Source: an uncultured Actinomycetota bacterium
Lineage (GTDB): Bacteria > Actinomycetota > Acidimicrobiia > Acidimicrobiales > Bog-793
DNA length: 64,000 bases
Assembly (NCBI GenBank): GCA_963747085.1
Contig: CAVVDX010000001.1
Coordinates: 1,131,987 to 1,195,986 of the forward strand
Reading direction: 5' to 3'
A model generated the notes under the pieces. That model had not been told where the DNA came from and made no database searches. It saw only the letters and a program-made list of their open reading frames with translations. Positions within the stretch are counted from its first letter, which is position 1. Every line of letters begins with the position of its first letter. The position numbers and the translations under genes are program-made. Below, piece by piece: positions 10,842-21,063 of the stretch.

Positions 10842-11013
10842 CAATCGAACAACAGGAACACCGTGCTAACTCGTGGAACTCCTGCGACGAGGAGCCCAGT
10901 GAATCGAACAGAGCACTAGCAGTGCCCTGGAGCGAGATGGAATCCAACCATGACCACATCGGCTGAAGACCCGTCGTGACCGAGGCTTACGACCCAACCA
11001 GTGGAGGTGCCAG

Positions 11014-11484
11014 ATGGCCGAGCTCCCAGCGCCCCCCGAGGGAATTGTGCTGGCCCACTTCATCGTCTCGGACGATGTCGAGCGCTCTCGGCGCTTCTAC
11101 ACAGAAGTACTCGGTGGCAGGGTGGCCTTCTCCGGCCCCGGGGGGCTGACCTATGTCGCACTCGCCAACAGCTGGATCATCATCAATGTCGGCGGAGGCC
11201 CGACCGACGACAAGCCTACGGTCACCCTGGAGACACCACGCGACCCCAACCGGGTCAGCAGCTTCCTCAACATCCGCGTCAAAGACATCGAGGCCGTGTA
11301 CGCCGAATGGAGCGCCAGGGGCGCTCACTTCCTGACGCCGCCGAAACAGCATCAGTACGAGATCCGCTGCTACATGCGTGATCCCGACGGTCATCTGATC
11401 GAAGTGGGTCAGACCACGGACCCAGAGGGCGACTGGTCTCCCGCTCACTGGCCGTCGACCACGTCCGGCGGCGAGTCCGGGTGA
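11014..11484 (+). CDS. VOC/glyoxalase family protein
   Basis: SRRFYTEVLG, YMRDPDGHLIEV; GGAGG RBS. Confidence 0.88.
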   Translation: MAELPAPPEGIVLAHFIVSDDVERSRRFYTEVLGGRVAFSGPGGLTYVALANSWIIINVGGGPTDDKPTVTLETPRDPNRVSSFLNIRVKDIEAVYAEWSARGAHFLTPPKQHQYEIRCYMRDPDGHLIEVGQTTDPEGDWSPAHWPSTTSGGESG

Positions 11485-11594
11485 ATGCCGAGATCACCGG
11501 AGATTCATCACATCGAAGGTTGGCCGGACCCCGAGCACTGAGATGAGATCCCCACCACCCATGTCCGACAGGGCCACGAACGAGGCGGTCTCTC

Positions 11595-12197
11595 ATGCGT
11601 TCTGACATCAAACCGGGCGGTGTGTTCCCCGACTACTCGTTGCCGGACCATACCAACACGGTGCGCAGGCTCAGCGAGCTCCAAGGCGAAGACCCGCTGG
11701 TCCTCACGCTGGCGCGGGGCAACTATTGTCCGAAGGAGCACCAGCAGCATCTCGAGTTGGCGGCGAACCAGTCGAAGGTGGCGGTGGCCTACACCCAGAT
11801 CGTTACCATCGCCACCGACGACCATCACACCCTGCAGGAGTTCCGCGCCTCCGTCGGCGCCGGATGGACCTTCCTTTCGGATCCCGCACGAACGATCCAA
11901 AAGGACCTCGACATCCAGGAGTACACCGACCCCGAGCACGACCCGATGATCCCCCACACGTTGGTGCTCAAGCCGGGACTGGTCATTCACAGTGTCTACA
12001 ACGGCTACTGGTTCTGGGGACGCCCGTCGTTCTACGAGTTATGGCTCGACCTCTGCGCTGCATCGAGCGAGATCCGCCCCGACTGGGACCTGAGCAAACC
12101 GGGGCTGCGCGAGGCCTGGGATGCGGGCGATTATTCGAACTTTCACGGATGGAACAAGCGGGCTCCTGAGTCGAAGCCGTCGTCGTATCAGTCGTAG
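11595..12197 (+). CDS. Redoxin / AhpC-TSA family protein
   Basis: PGGVFPDYSLPD, RGNYCPKE, FLSDP, YNGYWFWGRPS. Confidence 0.8.
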   Translation: MRSDIKPGGVFPDYSLPDHTNTVRRLSELQGEDPLVLTLARGNYCPKEHQQHLELAANQSKVAVAYTQIVTIATDDHHTLQEFRASVGAGWTFLSDPARTIQKDLDIQEYTDPEHDPMIPHTLVLKPGLVIHSVYNGYWFWGRPSFYELWLDLCAASSEIRPDWDLSKPGLREAWDAGDYSNFHGWNKRAPESKPSSYQS

Positions 12198-12288
12198 CTG
12201 AATGCTGAGCCTTGCGCCGGGCAGACGGGTCCACGTCGAGGCTGGTTGCTCGGACTGCGAGCCCGAGCGAAGGGGGAGGTGAGCATTG

Positions 12289-13241
12289 GTGCGGACGCCG
12301 GTCTGCGAGCTGCTCGGGATTGAACAGCCGATCGTCCAGGCCCCGATGTCGGCGGTGCCGCAACGTTGGCGGCCGCGGTCTCGAATGCCGGCGCGCTCGG
12401 CATGTTGGCCCTGACGTGGTCCACTCCCGCTGGAGACGTGGTTCGTGAGACGGCGGCGCTCACCGATCGTCCCTTTGGCGGCAACCTGATTCTCAGCTCC
12501 GACCAGCACCGTCGCCTTGACGAGGCCCTCGAAGCCGGTATGCGGATCGTGTCGCTGTTCTGGGGAGATCCCGCCGGCTACGTCGAGCAGGTCCACGACG
12601 CCAACGGAGTCGTTCTGCACACCGTTAGCAGCGCTGAAGAGGCGCGGCGGGCAGCCGACCGCGGAGTCGATGTGGTCGTGGCGCAGGGTTGGGAGGCTGG
12701 CGGGCACGTGCGGGGTCAGGTCGCAACGCTTCCCTTGGTGCCAGCTGTCGTGGACGCGGTGGCACCGGTGCCAGTGATCGCCGCCGGCGGGATCGGCGAC
12801 GCTCGCGGGGTGGCGGCCGTGCTGGCGCTGGGCGCTCAAGCGGCGTGGCTGGGTACCCGGTTTCTGCTCGCTCAGGAGATGCCCATCCACGAGGAGTATC
12901 GCCGTCGCCTGACGGACGCTGCCGAGACCGATGCGCAGTGGTACGCCAACCTGTACGAGGTCGGGTGGCCGGACGCGTCCCACCGGGCCCTCCGTAACTC
13001 GACGGCTGAGGTGTGGGAGGCCGCTGGCCGGCCCCCTCCCGGGAGTCGACCGGGAGAGGGCGATGTGATCGCACACTTCGCCTCCGGCGAAGAAATTCTC
13101 CGCTACGAGCCGGCGGCGCCGATGGTCGGCACCACCGGTGATATCGAAGCGCTCTCACTGTGGGCCGGACAGAGCGTCGCGCTCGCCAGGCAGCCACAAT
13201 CAGCTGCAGAGATCGTGGCCGAGCTCGTCTCGGGCTTGTAA
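12289..13241 (+). CDS. Nitronate monooxygenase / 2-nitropropane dioxygenase family flavoprotein, frameshift near 12364
   Basis: LLGIEQPIVQAPM then LAAAVSNAGALG, QGWEAGGH, IAAGGIGD, LGTRF, WAGQS. Confidence 0.88.
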
Positions 13242-13419
13242 CCGGCAATGCGCGAGGATACCGACGGGATCAGGCGCGTTTCACCGAGGACGGCGGAGGA
13301 CTGTCGTCCTCACAGCGCCTCCTCCCCGTTCCCACTCGGCGAGCCGTGGCGAGGCCGCTCGGGCCGGCGATGCGGCGGGCCGCCCTTGCTCGCACCGCGG
13401 CGCTGAGGACGTTTCGGTC

Positions 13420-14055
13420 ATGACCACCGCGCTCATCGGCACTGGAAAGATCGGATCGGCCATCGCCCGCCAGCTCGCCGCGGGCGGCGAGGCCCTGCGG
13501 CTCTCGAGCGCCGACAATGAGTCGGCACGAATGCTGGCTGCAAGGATCGGGCGAGCTGCGGTCGTCGCCGTCGACAACCGCGACGCGTTACGAGGCGCCG
13601 ATGCCGTCGTCCTCGCGCTGCGGTTTGTCGCGCTGAAGGGCGTCATCGACGAGATCGCCGACCTGTCAGCGGACAAGCTCGTGGTCGTTCCGAGCAACCC
13701 GTTCGGCATCGACGCACAGGGTAACGTCTCACGTCTCCTGCCGAAAGGGCAATCCTCTGGCGAGGTTGTGGCGGGCTGGTTGCCGGCGAGGGCGCGCTTG
13801 GCCATGGCGTTCGGGACCATGTCGGCCGATCTCTTCGAGTCCTCGAGCAACCGGTCACCGGAGCCGGCCGTCCTCTTCTACACGACCGACGACGACCGTG
13901 CCGGCGCGGAAGTCGAGCGGTTGATCCGAACGGCCGGCTTCGAGCCGGTGAAGGTCGGCGGGATCGAACAGTCGGGTCGACTCGAGGTAGGCGGCGATCT
14001 TCACGATCTCGTAGTCGGCCCCGCAGAGGCGCGGTCATTGATCAGCGGGGCCTGA
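13420..14055 (+). CDS. NADPH-dependent F420 reductase-like dinucleotide-binding oxidoreductase
   Basis: IGTGKIG Rossmann motif, ADAVVLA, SNP, AF, LIRTAGFEPV. Confidence 0.8.
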   Translation: MTTALIGTGKIGSAIARQLAAGGEALRLSSADNESARMLAARIGRAAVVAVDNRDALRGADAVVLALRFVALKGVIDEIADLSADKLVVVPSNPFGIDAQGNVSRLLPKGQSSGEVVAGWLPARARLAMAFGTMSADLFESSSNRSPEPAVLFYTTDDDRAGAEVERLIRTAGFEPVKVGGIEQSGRLEVGGDLHDLVVGPAEARSLISGA

Positions 14056-14235
14056 TCGCTTGGAGGCCCTGGCCTGTGCACCTCTTCAGTCGCAAACGTC
14101 ATGCCAGAACAATCATGACACGGGGTGTGGAGGGCCGACAATCGCGTAGCTCGTCCGCTCGAGGACCTATGAGGCGTTACGATCGCCGTGAGATGCAGCG
14201 AGCACAGCTCGCCAACACGACCATGAAGCGCAGGA

Positions 14236-14469
14236 TCAGACGACTCGAAGACCGGGACGGCGCATCCGATTTCGCTGGCGCTCCGAAGTGCCGCCCCAGA
14301 CGCCCATCAACTCGGGGTGGTCCAAGGCATAGTCGAGGCACACCGTCTGCACGTGACACGAGGAGCAAATCGCAACTGCGGGCGCTGTGTTCTTCGGTAC
14401 CGCGGGGAAGAACAGATCGGTTTCTTCGCCTCTGCACGCGGCGAACCGCAACCAGTAGTCAAAGATCAT
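14236..14469 (-). CDS. WhiB family Fe-S transcriptional regulator
   Basis: AACRG...LFFP...ICSSCHVQTVCLDYAL...GVWGGTSERQR; four Cys plus GVWGG. Confidence 0.92.
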   Translation of the reverse strand: MIFDYWLRFAACRGEETDLFFPAVPKNTAPAVAICSSCHVQTVCLDYALDHPELMGVWGGTSERQRNRMRRPGLRVV

Positions 14470-14557
14470 CCCGTTCGCAACCTCGCTTCTTGCACGAGGA
14501 AGCCACCGGGGTCGGGAGCGGCACCCTTTTCTCGGAGACAGCGCTCCGAATGCAATG

Positions 14558-14566
14558 ACTATACCA
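14558..14566 (-). promoter_or_regulatory. Extended -10 element (TGGTATAGT) upstream of the whiB-family gene
   Basis: TGnTATAGT on the minus strand about 90 nt upstream of ATG 14469. Confidence 0.45.
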
Positions 14567-15024
14567 CTGCAGTCAAGGCGTGGCGCCGGCCGCGTCGAGG
14601 TCAGCTCTTCCGAGCGAGGATGCGAAAGCTCGAACGTCACCGGCGCACGCGCGTGAAGCGCGACCGGGTAGACTGCGCGGGTCGCTCCTGGCGACACCGC
14701 CCCGGACCCCGGTGGGATACACACGAGGATGTCCGGAGACGGGGTGCGGCGGTGCGCCGAGGATCGGTCGCTCAGAGCACCATGCGCTTCCCCTGCGTCG
14801 ACGACGCGCGAGGACGAGCGACCTTGCCGGCTCGTCTCGCGGTCACGGTGCCCCGGTTCGATCCTGGACTGCGCACCGCGGCTGGGCTGTCGGGTGTAGG
14901 ACCGCGAGCTGCAGGCGACGTCCGAGAGCACACCGACGAGCTGTGACCGATGACGATCGGCCGTTGGTTCGTCAGGATGCCGAGCGGCAACCGATCGTGC
15001 TTCAGCCCGAGGAAAGGGCGAACA

Positions 15025-15753
15025 TTGGATGAGGACGACCGCAGGTCACGCGTCTTGCTGGCGTTGGGTCTGACCGACGGACCGGGAAGCTCTCGGCTGT
15101 GCACGCTCTCGGCGCGATTCGTCGCTGTCTCGGGTGCCGGCATCACGCTGATGAACCGGGACGGTGAGTCGCGCACGACGGTGTGCGCCTCGGACCGCAC
15201 CGCTCAGGTGATGGAGGACCTGCAGCTGGCGTTGGGTGAAGGTCCCTGCGTGGACGCGTATCTTACGGCGCGTGCTGTGAGCGAGCCGGACCTGGCGAAC
15301 CTGACGACAGGGCGGTGGCCGGGATTCACGCCCGCTGCGCTCGCAGCCGGGGCCGTCGCCGTGTTCGGCTTTCCTCTCCGCGCCGGCAGGGCCTGCATCG
15401 GCTCGCTCAACCTGTACCGCGATCGGCCCGGTCCGCTGAGCGGTGAGCAGCTGGCTGATGCCCTCGTCGTCGCCGATGTGATCGCGTGCGAGATCCTCGC
15501 CATGCAGGCGAGCGCGCCCCAGGGCGCGCTCGCCGACGGGATCATGAGCGAGCCGGAGCTCGGCCTCGTGGTCCATCAGGCCACCGGTATGATCGCCGCC
15601 CAGCTCGAGATCGGTGTCGAGGAAGCCTTGCTGCGCCTACGAGCCCGCGCCGTTGCCGAGGGCGTGCCAACAGCCGTCGTGGCGACGGCCGTGGTCAACC
15701 GAGAGCTGCGCTTCGACGTCGACGACGCGTCGCACGCCGGAGGGCAGCAGTGA
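15025..15753 (+). CDS. GAF + ANTAR domain protein (1)
   Basis: EDLQLALGEGPCVDA, IGSLNLY, VHQATGMIAAQLEIGVEEALLRLRARA; TTG start inferred. Confidence 0.88.
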   Translation: MDEDDRRSRVLLALGLTDGPGSSRLCTLSARFVAVSGAGITLMNRDGESRTTVCASDRTAQVMEDLQLALGEGPCVDAYLTARAVSEPDLANLTTGRWPGFTPAALAAGAVAVFGFPLRAGRACIGSLNLYRDRPGPLSGEQLADALVVADVIACEILAMQASAPQGALADGIMSEPELGLVVHQATGMIAAQLEIGVEEALLRLRARAVAEGVPTAVVATAVVNRELRFDVDDASHAGGQQ

Positions 15754-15824
15754 ACTGCCGAGGTCGACATCGCTCGTCGCGGAGCCCGAAGAACCCCGCC
15801 TTTCCAACATCGAGGTCATAAGAG

Positions 15825-16577
15825 GTGAGAGTGGAGCGAGAACAACTGTTGGCGCGTACCTTCGTCGAGCTAGCGGACACGCTGGTGGACGACTTCGACC
15901 TCGTCGAGCTGACCCAGACGCTCGTCGAGCGCTGCGTCGAGCTGTTCGACGCCACGGCCGCCGGGCTGATGCTGGCCGACCCGGACGGAAACCTGCGAGT
16001 CCTCGCCTCCTCGAGCGACCAGCTCCGCATCGTCGAGCTCTTCGAGGTCCAGGCCGAAGAGGGACCGTGCCTCGACTGCTACCGCAGTGGTCAGCCGGTG
16101 ATCAACGATGACCTGGCGCACGTCGACGGTCGTTGGCCCCGCTTCGTTCCGGTCGCGCTCGGCGCCGGCTATCACTCCGTCCACGCCCTCCCGGTGCGTC
16201 TGCGCCAACAGGTGATCGGAGCGCTCAACTTGTTCCGCGCGGACACTGGGGCCCTCGATGCGCTCGATGTGCTGGTCGCTCAGGCGTTCGCCGACGCCAC
16301 CGCGATTGCCATCCTGCAACAGCGCGCGCTGCACGACTCCCAGCTGCTCACAGCACAGCTGCAAGCGGCGCTCGACAGCCGGCTCCTCATCGAGAGGGCC
16401 AAGGGCATGCTCGCAGAGCGGGCACAACTGAGCATCGCTGACGCCTTCGCTCAGATCCGCAACTACGCCCGCGACCACAACCGACGGCTGACGGCCGTTT
16501 GCCAGAGCGTCCTCGACGGCACGTTGAGCGTCCGCCAGCTCGCCGGCACGTCCACTCGTGGCGTTGAGCAGCGCTGA
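15825..16577 (+). CDS. GAF + ANTAR domain protein (2)
   Basis: FVELADTLVDDFD, EGPCLDC, IGALNLF, ALDSRLLIERAKGML...AFAQIRNYARDHN. Confidence 0.92.
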   Translation: MRVEREQLLARTFVELADTLVDDFDLVELTQTLVERCVELFDATAAGLMLADPDGNLRVLASSSDQLRIVELFEVQAEEGPCLDCYRSGQPVINDDLAHVDGRWPRFVPVALGAGYHSVHALPVRLRQQVIGALNLFRADTGALDALDVLVAQAFADATAIAILQQRALHDSQLLTAQLQAALDSRLLIERAKGMLAERAQLSIADAFAQIRNYARDHNRRLTAVCQSVLDGTLSVRQLAGTSTRGVEQR

Positions 16578-16693
16578 GGTTGCGAGGGTGAGCGTCGGCC
16601 GGCAGATACGCACACGCATCGCCAACACCGGGAAGTGTCGGAGTGCCCTCCGCTCGGGCTGTGCTCTCGAGCGCCGGAACAAGGAGGATCGAT

Positions 16694-17122
16694 ATGACCG
16701 ATGATCAAGCGCCGAAGGAAGCGGCGGATCCAGGGCCGGCCGAGCCACAGGCGGCAGGTCAGTCCCAGGCGCAGTGGAATGTGGGCGACTGGCGCGGGAA
16801 GATGCTGATCGATCGCGACGGCGAGCGAATCGGCAAGCTGCAAGACGTCTACGTCGACGTCGAGACCGACGAGCCGCAGTTCGGCACCGTCAAGGAAGGG
16901 TTCTTCGACCGTCACTTGACGTTCGTGCCGCTGGGCGGAATCCAGATCGGTCCCGACGACCTGCAGGTCATGGCAACCAAGGAGCAGGTCCGCTCGGCGC
17001 CCGAGATCGCACTGCACGGCGAAGAGCTCTCTCAGGCTGACGAGTCCAAGCTGTATCACCACTTCGAGCTGAATTACACACCGCCCAACACCGAGAGCGG
17101 CCGCCGACTCGCTCGCCGTTGA
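16694..17122 (+). CDS. PRC-barrel domain protein
   Basis: GKMLIDRDGERIGKLQDVYVD...FVPL...KEQVRSAP; AAGGAGG RBS. Confidence 0.85.
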   Translation: MTDDQAPKEAADPGPAEPQAAGQSQAQWNVGDWRGKMLIDRDGERIGKLQDVYVDVETDEPQFGTVKEGFFDRHLTFVPLGGIQIGPDDLQVMATKEQVRSAPEIALHGEELSQADESKLYHHFELNYTPPNTESGRRLARR

Positions 17123-17242
17123 GGGAGCTCCCGTCGCGTCGACGAGCGTCTCGGGGACACGGGCCTCCGGGCCACGCCCTCGCCCTGCGAGCTGGGTTCC
17201 CTGCCACTGCAGTGAAGCGCCCGACCCGATGACGGTGCCGGC

Positions 17243-18397
17243 TCACCCCGGTGGCGGGTTCGCCCGACCGATCGAAGCCGGCGGATGCGCCTCGGCCGTG
17301 TCCTGCCACAGCTCCTTCACGACCACCTGGATCGCGCCGGCGATCGGGATGGCGAGCAGCGCAGCCACGAAGGCGCCGAACAGGCCGCCGATCCAGTCGC
17401 CCAGCGACGCACCGACGAGGATCGACAGCAGGACGAGCAGCGGGTTGACCTTCACCGTCCGGCTCATCACCACGGGGTTGAGGACGTGGTTCTCGATCTG
17501 GGTGTACGTGAGGAAGACAATCAGCGTGACGATCCCTGCGGTGAGCGAGTGCGTGGCCGCGAACAGCACGGTCGGGATACCGGCGAGCGCGCCGCCGACC
17601 AGGGGGATGAAGTCGACCAGGGCCACCCACAACGCCCAGAGGAATGGGAAGGGGACGCCGAGGACCGAGAGGGTGACGAACACGACCAGGCCGGCGATGA
17701 CCGAGGTCAGCAGGTCCCCGAGCATGTAGCCCGTCACCGACTGGCTGACCCTGCTGGCGACTCGCGTGTAGATCACTCGTCGCTCGGGCGAGATGTAATC
17801 CAGAAGCGCAACACGGAACTTCGGCGCCTCGAGCAGCAGCAGCAGCACGAGGATGAACACGGTGAACAACGTCAGCAGCAGCGTGAGGGCGCCTTTCCCG
17901 ACGGCCAGCGCCGGCTTGGCAAGACCCTTGGCGAACGACGTCAACTTGGGCGCGTTTCGCCGCACCCAGGCCTCGATGTGGTAGCGGCGGGCCAGGTGCC
18001 CGATCCAGCCCTTGCCGTGCTCGGCCTTGTTCACGTACACGGGCAGCTGGTCGGCGAGATGGGTCAGCCCGTTGACGAGCGGGTAGCCGAAGGCCGCTGC
18101 GAGCCCCACGAAGACGATCAGGGCCACCAGCGTCACCACGGTGACGGCCCACCCGCGACGCCTGATCCCCCAGCGTTGCAAGGCCACGACGAGAGGGTCC
18201 AGGATCACGGCGACGAACCCGGCGACGAGGACGACGAGGACGACGTCCCGCAGCCGGTAGACGAGCTTGCCGAGGAGGTAGGTCAGCACCACGACCCCCA
18301 CGGTCGCAAGGATCGCCCGTAGCGGGATGCCTCTCGATTCCGCCGCGCGCCAGAGGCGGGCCCGCCGGGTCTCGGGTGGCACGGACGCCTGAGCCAT
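17243..18397 (-). CDS. AI-2E family transporter
   Basis: Polytopic; LDPLV, DFIPLVG, YTQIENHVLNPVVM, AIPIAG. Confidence 0.9.
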   Translation of the reverse strand: MAQASVPPETRRARLWRAAESRGIPLRAILATVGVVVLTYLLGKLVYRLRDVVLVVLVAGFVAVILDPLVVALQRWGIRRRGWAVTVVTLVALIVFVGLAAAFGYPLVNGLTHLADQLPVYVNKAEHGKGWIGHLARRYHIEAWVRRNAPKLTSFAKGLAKPALAVGKGALTLLLTLFTVFILVLLLLLEAPKFRVALLDYISPERRVIYTRVASRVSQSVTGYMLGDLLTSVIAGLVVFVTLSVLGVPFPFLWALWVALVDFIPLVGGALAGIPTVLFAATHSLTAGIVTLIVFLTYTQIENHVLNPVVMSRTVKVNPLLVLLSILVGASLGDWIGGLFGAFVAALLAIPIAGAIQVVVKELWQDTAEAHPPASIGRANPPPG

Positions 18398-18469
18398 TCC
18401 TCCAGCATGGCATCGGCGCCTGCTGAATCATGGGATAGCAGATGTCGCGAAGGCTCTGCGAACTCGGTG

Positions 18470-19099
18470 CTACTCGGCGGCTCCGGCCTTGCGCACGAGG
18501 TCGCCGAGGGCGATGCGCCCGCCAGCCACGACGCGGGCGTTCGCGCCGCGCAGGCGGAGGTGCCGCCCGAGCGACGAGTTGACGAAGCGCATCGCGTCGC
18601 TCCCGAAACGCGCCGTGAACTTCGCACAGCCGCTGTGCGGCGGCGCGCTGATCTCGACGAGAGCGTCGCCGATCCGCAACAGCGAGCCCGCCGGGAGATT
18701 GTCGTGGCTCAGGTCGAGATCGACGAAGAGCTGGTCCCCTGCCAGGGGGACGCGCTCGTCGCTGCGGGCGACGAGCGACGCGACTCGGTGGCTCATGATC
18801 GTGAGCTGGCGGTCCGGCTCGGGCAGCTCGTCGGGCGCAGCGGCGCTGCGGCGCGTCGCCCAGTTGTCGCCGGCGAGCCCGCAGCCCGGGTCGAGCACCC
18901 CGACCGCGAGGAGCTCCCGCTCGCCGACCGACGGGCGAGCGACGATCAGCGTGAGGGCGCCCCCGTCGGCCGGCGAGCTGCGCACCCAGTCGAGCGCCGC
19001 CTCGAGCTCCTCCGTCGTCGGGTGCTCGGGTGTGGCGTCGCGCGCCGGGAGCTCCGGCGCGGGGACGTCGGGTCGTGCGTCGTCGGCTGCGGGCGGCAT
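18470..19099 (-). CDS. MOSC domain protein
   Basis: LAGDQLFVDLDLS, GSLLRIGDALVEIS, PHSGCAKF, RGANARVV. Confidence 0.85.
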   Translation of the reverse strand: MPPAADDARPDVPAPELPARDATPEHPTTEELEAALDWVRSSPADGGALTLIVARPSVGERELLAVGVLDPGCGLAGDNWATRRSAAAPDELPEPDRQLTIMSHRVASLVARSDERVPLAGDQLFVDLDLSHDNLPAGSLLRIGDALVEISAPPHSGCAKFTARFGSDAMRFVNSSLGRHLRLRGANARVVAGGRIALGDLVRKAGAAE

Positions 19100-19242
19100 C
19101 CTGACAGCATGGCGCAACGAACGGGCCGCACGGCGCGGCGAGGCGCCGCCTCCGCCATCCCCGCACGCTCGACGCGCCGCGAGGCGAATCGTCTCCGGCC
19201 GGGGGCGCCCCCTACGATCGCACGACACCCGAAGGGAGGCCC

Positions 19243-20981
19243 GTGCCGACGCGCCGTGCGCACGCCATCGCCGCCGTCAAAGCGGCCTACGTCAACCACG
19301 ACCTGCGGCGGATCGGCACCATCTACGCGCTCGCGGCGACCGCGGAGAAGTCGACGTGGGTGACTCTTCTCGTGTACGCCTACGCGCGCTACGGCCTCGA
19401 CGGCAGCGTGCTGATCGCGCTCGTGCAGCTCGTCCCGAGCGCGCTCGCCGGCCCGTTCGTCGGGGCGGCTACCGACGAGCGCTCGCCGCGGCGGGTGCTG
19501 CTCGCCTGTTTCGTCGCCCAGGCGCTGGCGGCAGCAGCCCTCGCCGGCGTCGCGGCCCGGGCGCGGCGCCCGGGGTGATGTTCGCCATCGCCCCGCTCAG
19601 CGCGATGGCCTTCTCGGCCATCCGCCCGGCTCAGGCGGCGTTGCAGCCGGCGATGGCACGCACGCCGGAAGAGCTGAGCGCGGCCAGCGTGACGACCGGA
19701 TGGCTCGAGGGCGTGGCGACGGTCGCCGGTCCCGCGCTGGCGGGCGCGCTCGATCGCGTGGAGCGGGATCGCCGGCTCGCTGGCCTTCGGCTCGGCCATC
19801 GCCGTCGCCTGCACGCTGCTCGTGGCCAGCGCCTGGAGGCCGCGGCGGGCCACCGCCCCGCGCCCTCGGGTCGTCAGGGCGCAACAGCGGCGCTTCACCG
19901 CGCCGCGCGCCGTCCCACGCCGTCCCGCGGGTCAGGACCAGGCCCCCCCGGTCGGCTGGTGCAGCAGCGCCGCCGGCTCGCCGAGCGCGCCCTTCGCAAC
20001 GTGACCACGGCGCTGCACCACTCCTCGACGCGGGTGATGCTGCTGCTGCAGTTCGTCAACTACCTCATCGTCGGCACGCTCGACCTCGTCGCCGTCGTGC
20101 TCGCGGTGAGCGTGCTGCACCTCGGACAGTCCGGCGCGGGGTACCTCGCCGCGGCGCGTGGCGCCGGGGCGATGCTCGCCGGTGGCGCCTCGATCGTCAT
20201 GCTCAGCCGGCGGCGCCTCGCGGGCGCGCTCGCCACCTCGACCCTCGCCGCCGGCGCGGCGCTGGCGCTGCTCGGCTCGTTCCCGAGCGTCTCCAGCGCA
20301 TTCGTGCTGATCGGGCTCGTCGGCCTGGCCGGCGCGGTGTTCAAGATGGGCGGCCGCACCCTGTTCATGCGCGTCGCCCCGCCCCATGCCCTTGCCGGGG
20401 TGTTCTCGCTGCTCGAGGCGCAACGCGCGATCGGCCTCGCTGCCGGCGCCCTGCTCGTGCGTGCCACCGTCGCCGGCGGGCCGCGAGCGGCCCTGCTCGC
20501 CGCTGCAGCCGTCCTGCTGCTCGTCGTCGCCTCGTTCTGGCGGGCGATCCGCGGAATGGACGAGCACCCCACCATTCCCCAGGTGCAGGTGCAGCTGCTG
20601 CGCGCCATCCCGATGTTCGCCTCGCTGCCGCCGCCGGCGCTCGAGGGCGTCGCCCGCCAGCTGGTGCGCGTGCCGGTCGAGGCTGGCACGGAGGTGATCC
20701 GCCAGGGCGACGAGGGCGACCGCTACTACGTGGTCGCCGACGGCGAGCTCGACTACGTGCGCGACGGGGTGGTCGTCGGCCGGGCGACGCGAGGCGACGG
20801 CTTCGGCGAGCTCGCCCTCGTGCGCAGCGCCCCGCGCGCCGCGACGGTGCGGGCGCGCACCGCCTGCCTGCTGTACGCGCTGGACAAGGACCCCTTCGTA
20901 CTGCTCGTCACCGGGTTTCCGGCGACTCGCTCGGCAGCAGACGAGGTCGTCGCCGGCTACCTCGAGCCCGACCCGGCCTGA
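19243..20981 (+). CDS. MFS transporter fused to a C-terminal cyclic-nucleotide-binding domain, about three frameshifts
   Basis: TM segments spread over frames; C-terminal IRQGDEGDRYYVV...FGELALV...PRAATV. Confidence 0.8.
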
Positions 20982-21063
20982 CCGCCGCCGCCGGCCGGCG
21001 CCCGGGCGTCACTCGCGAGGCGGTGTCGCTCGCCGCCGGAACTGGACCAGCGGAGTAGCCCGC

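Noticed and set aside
8352-12197. Selenoprotein read-through in the redox genes
   Set aside because: No in-frame TGA at Cys-equivalent positions.
18489-20981. 830-aa ORF and similar long Arg/Ala/Pro-rich shadow ORFs across the window
   Set aside because: Antisense or off-frame shadows of real genes in very high-GC DNA.
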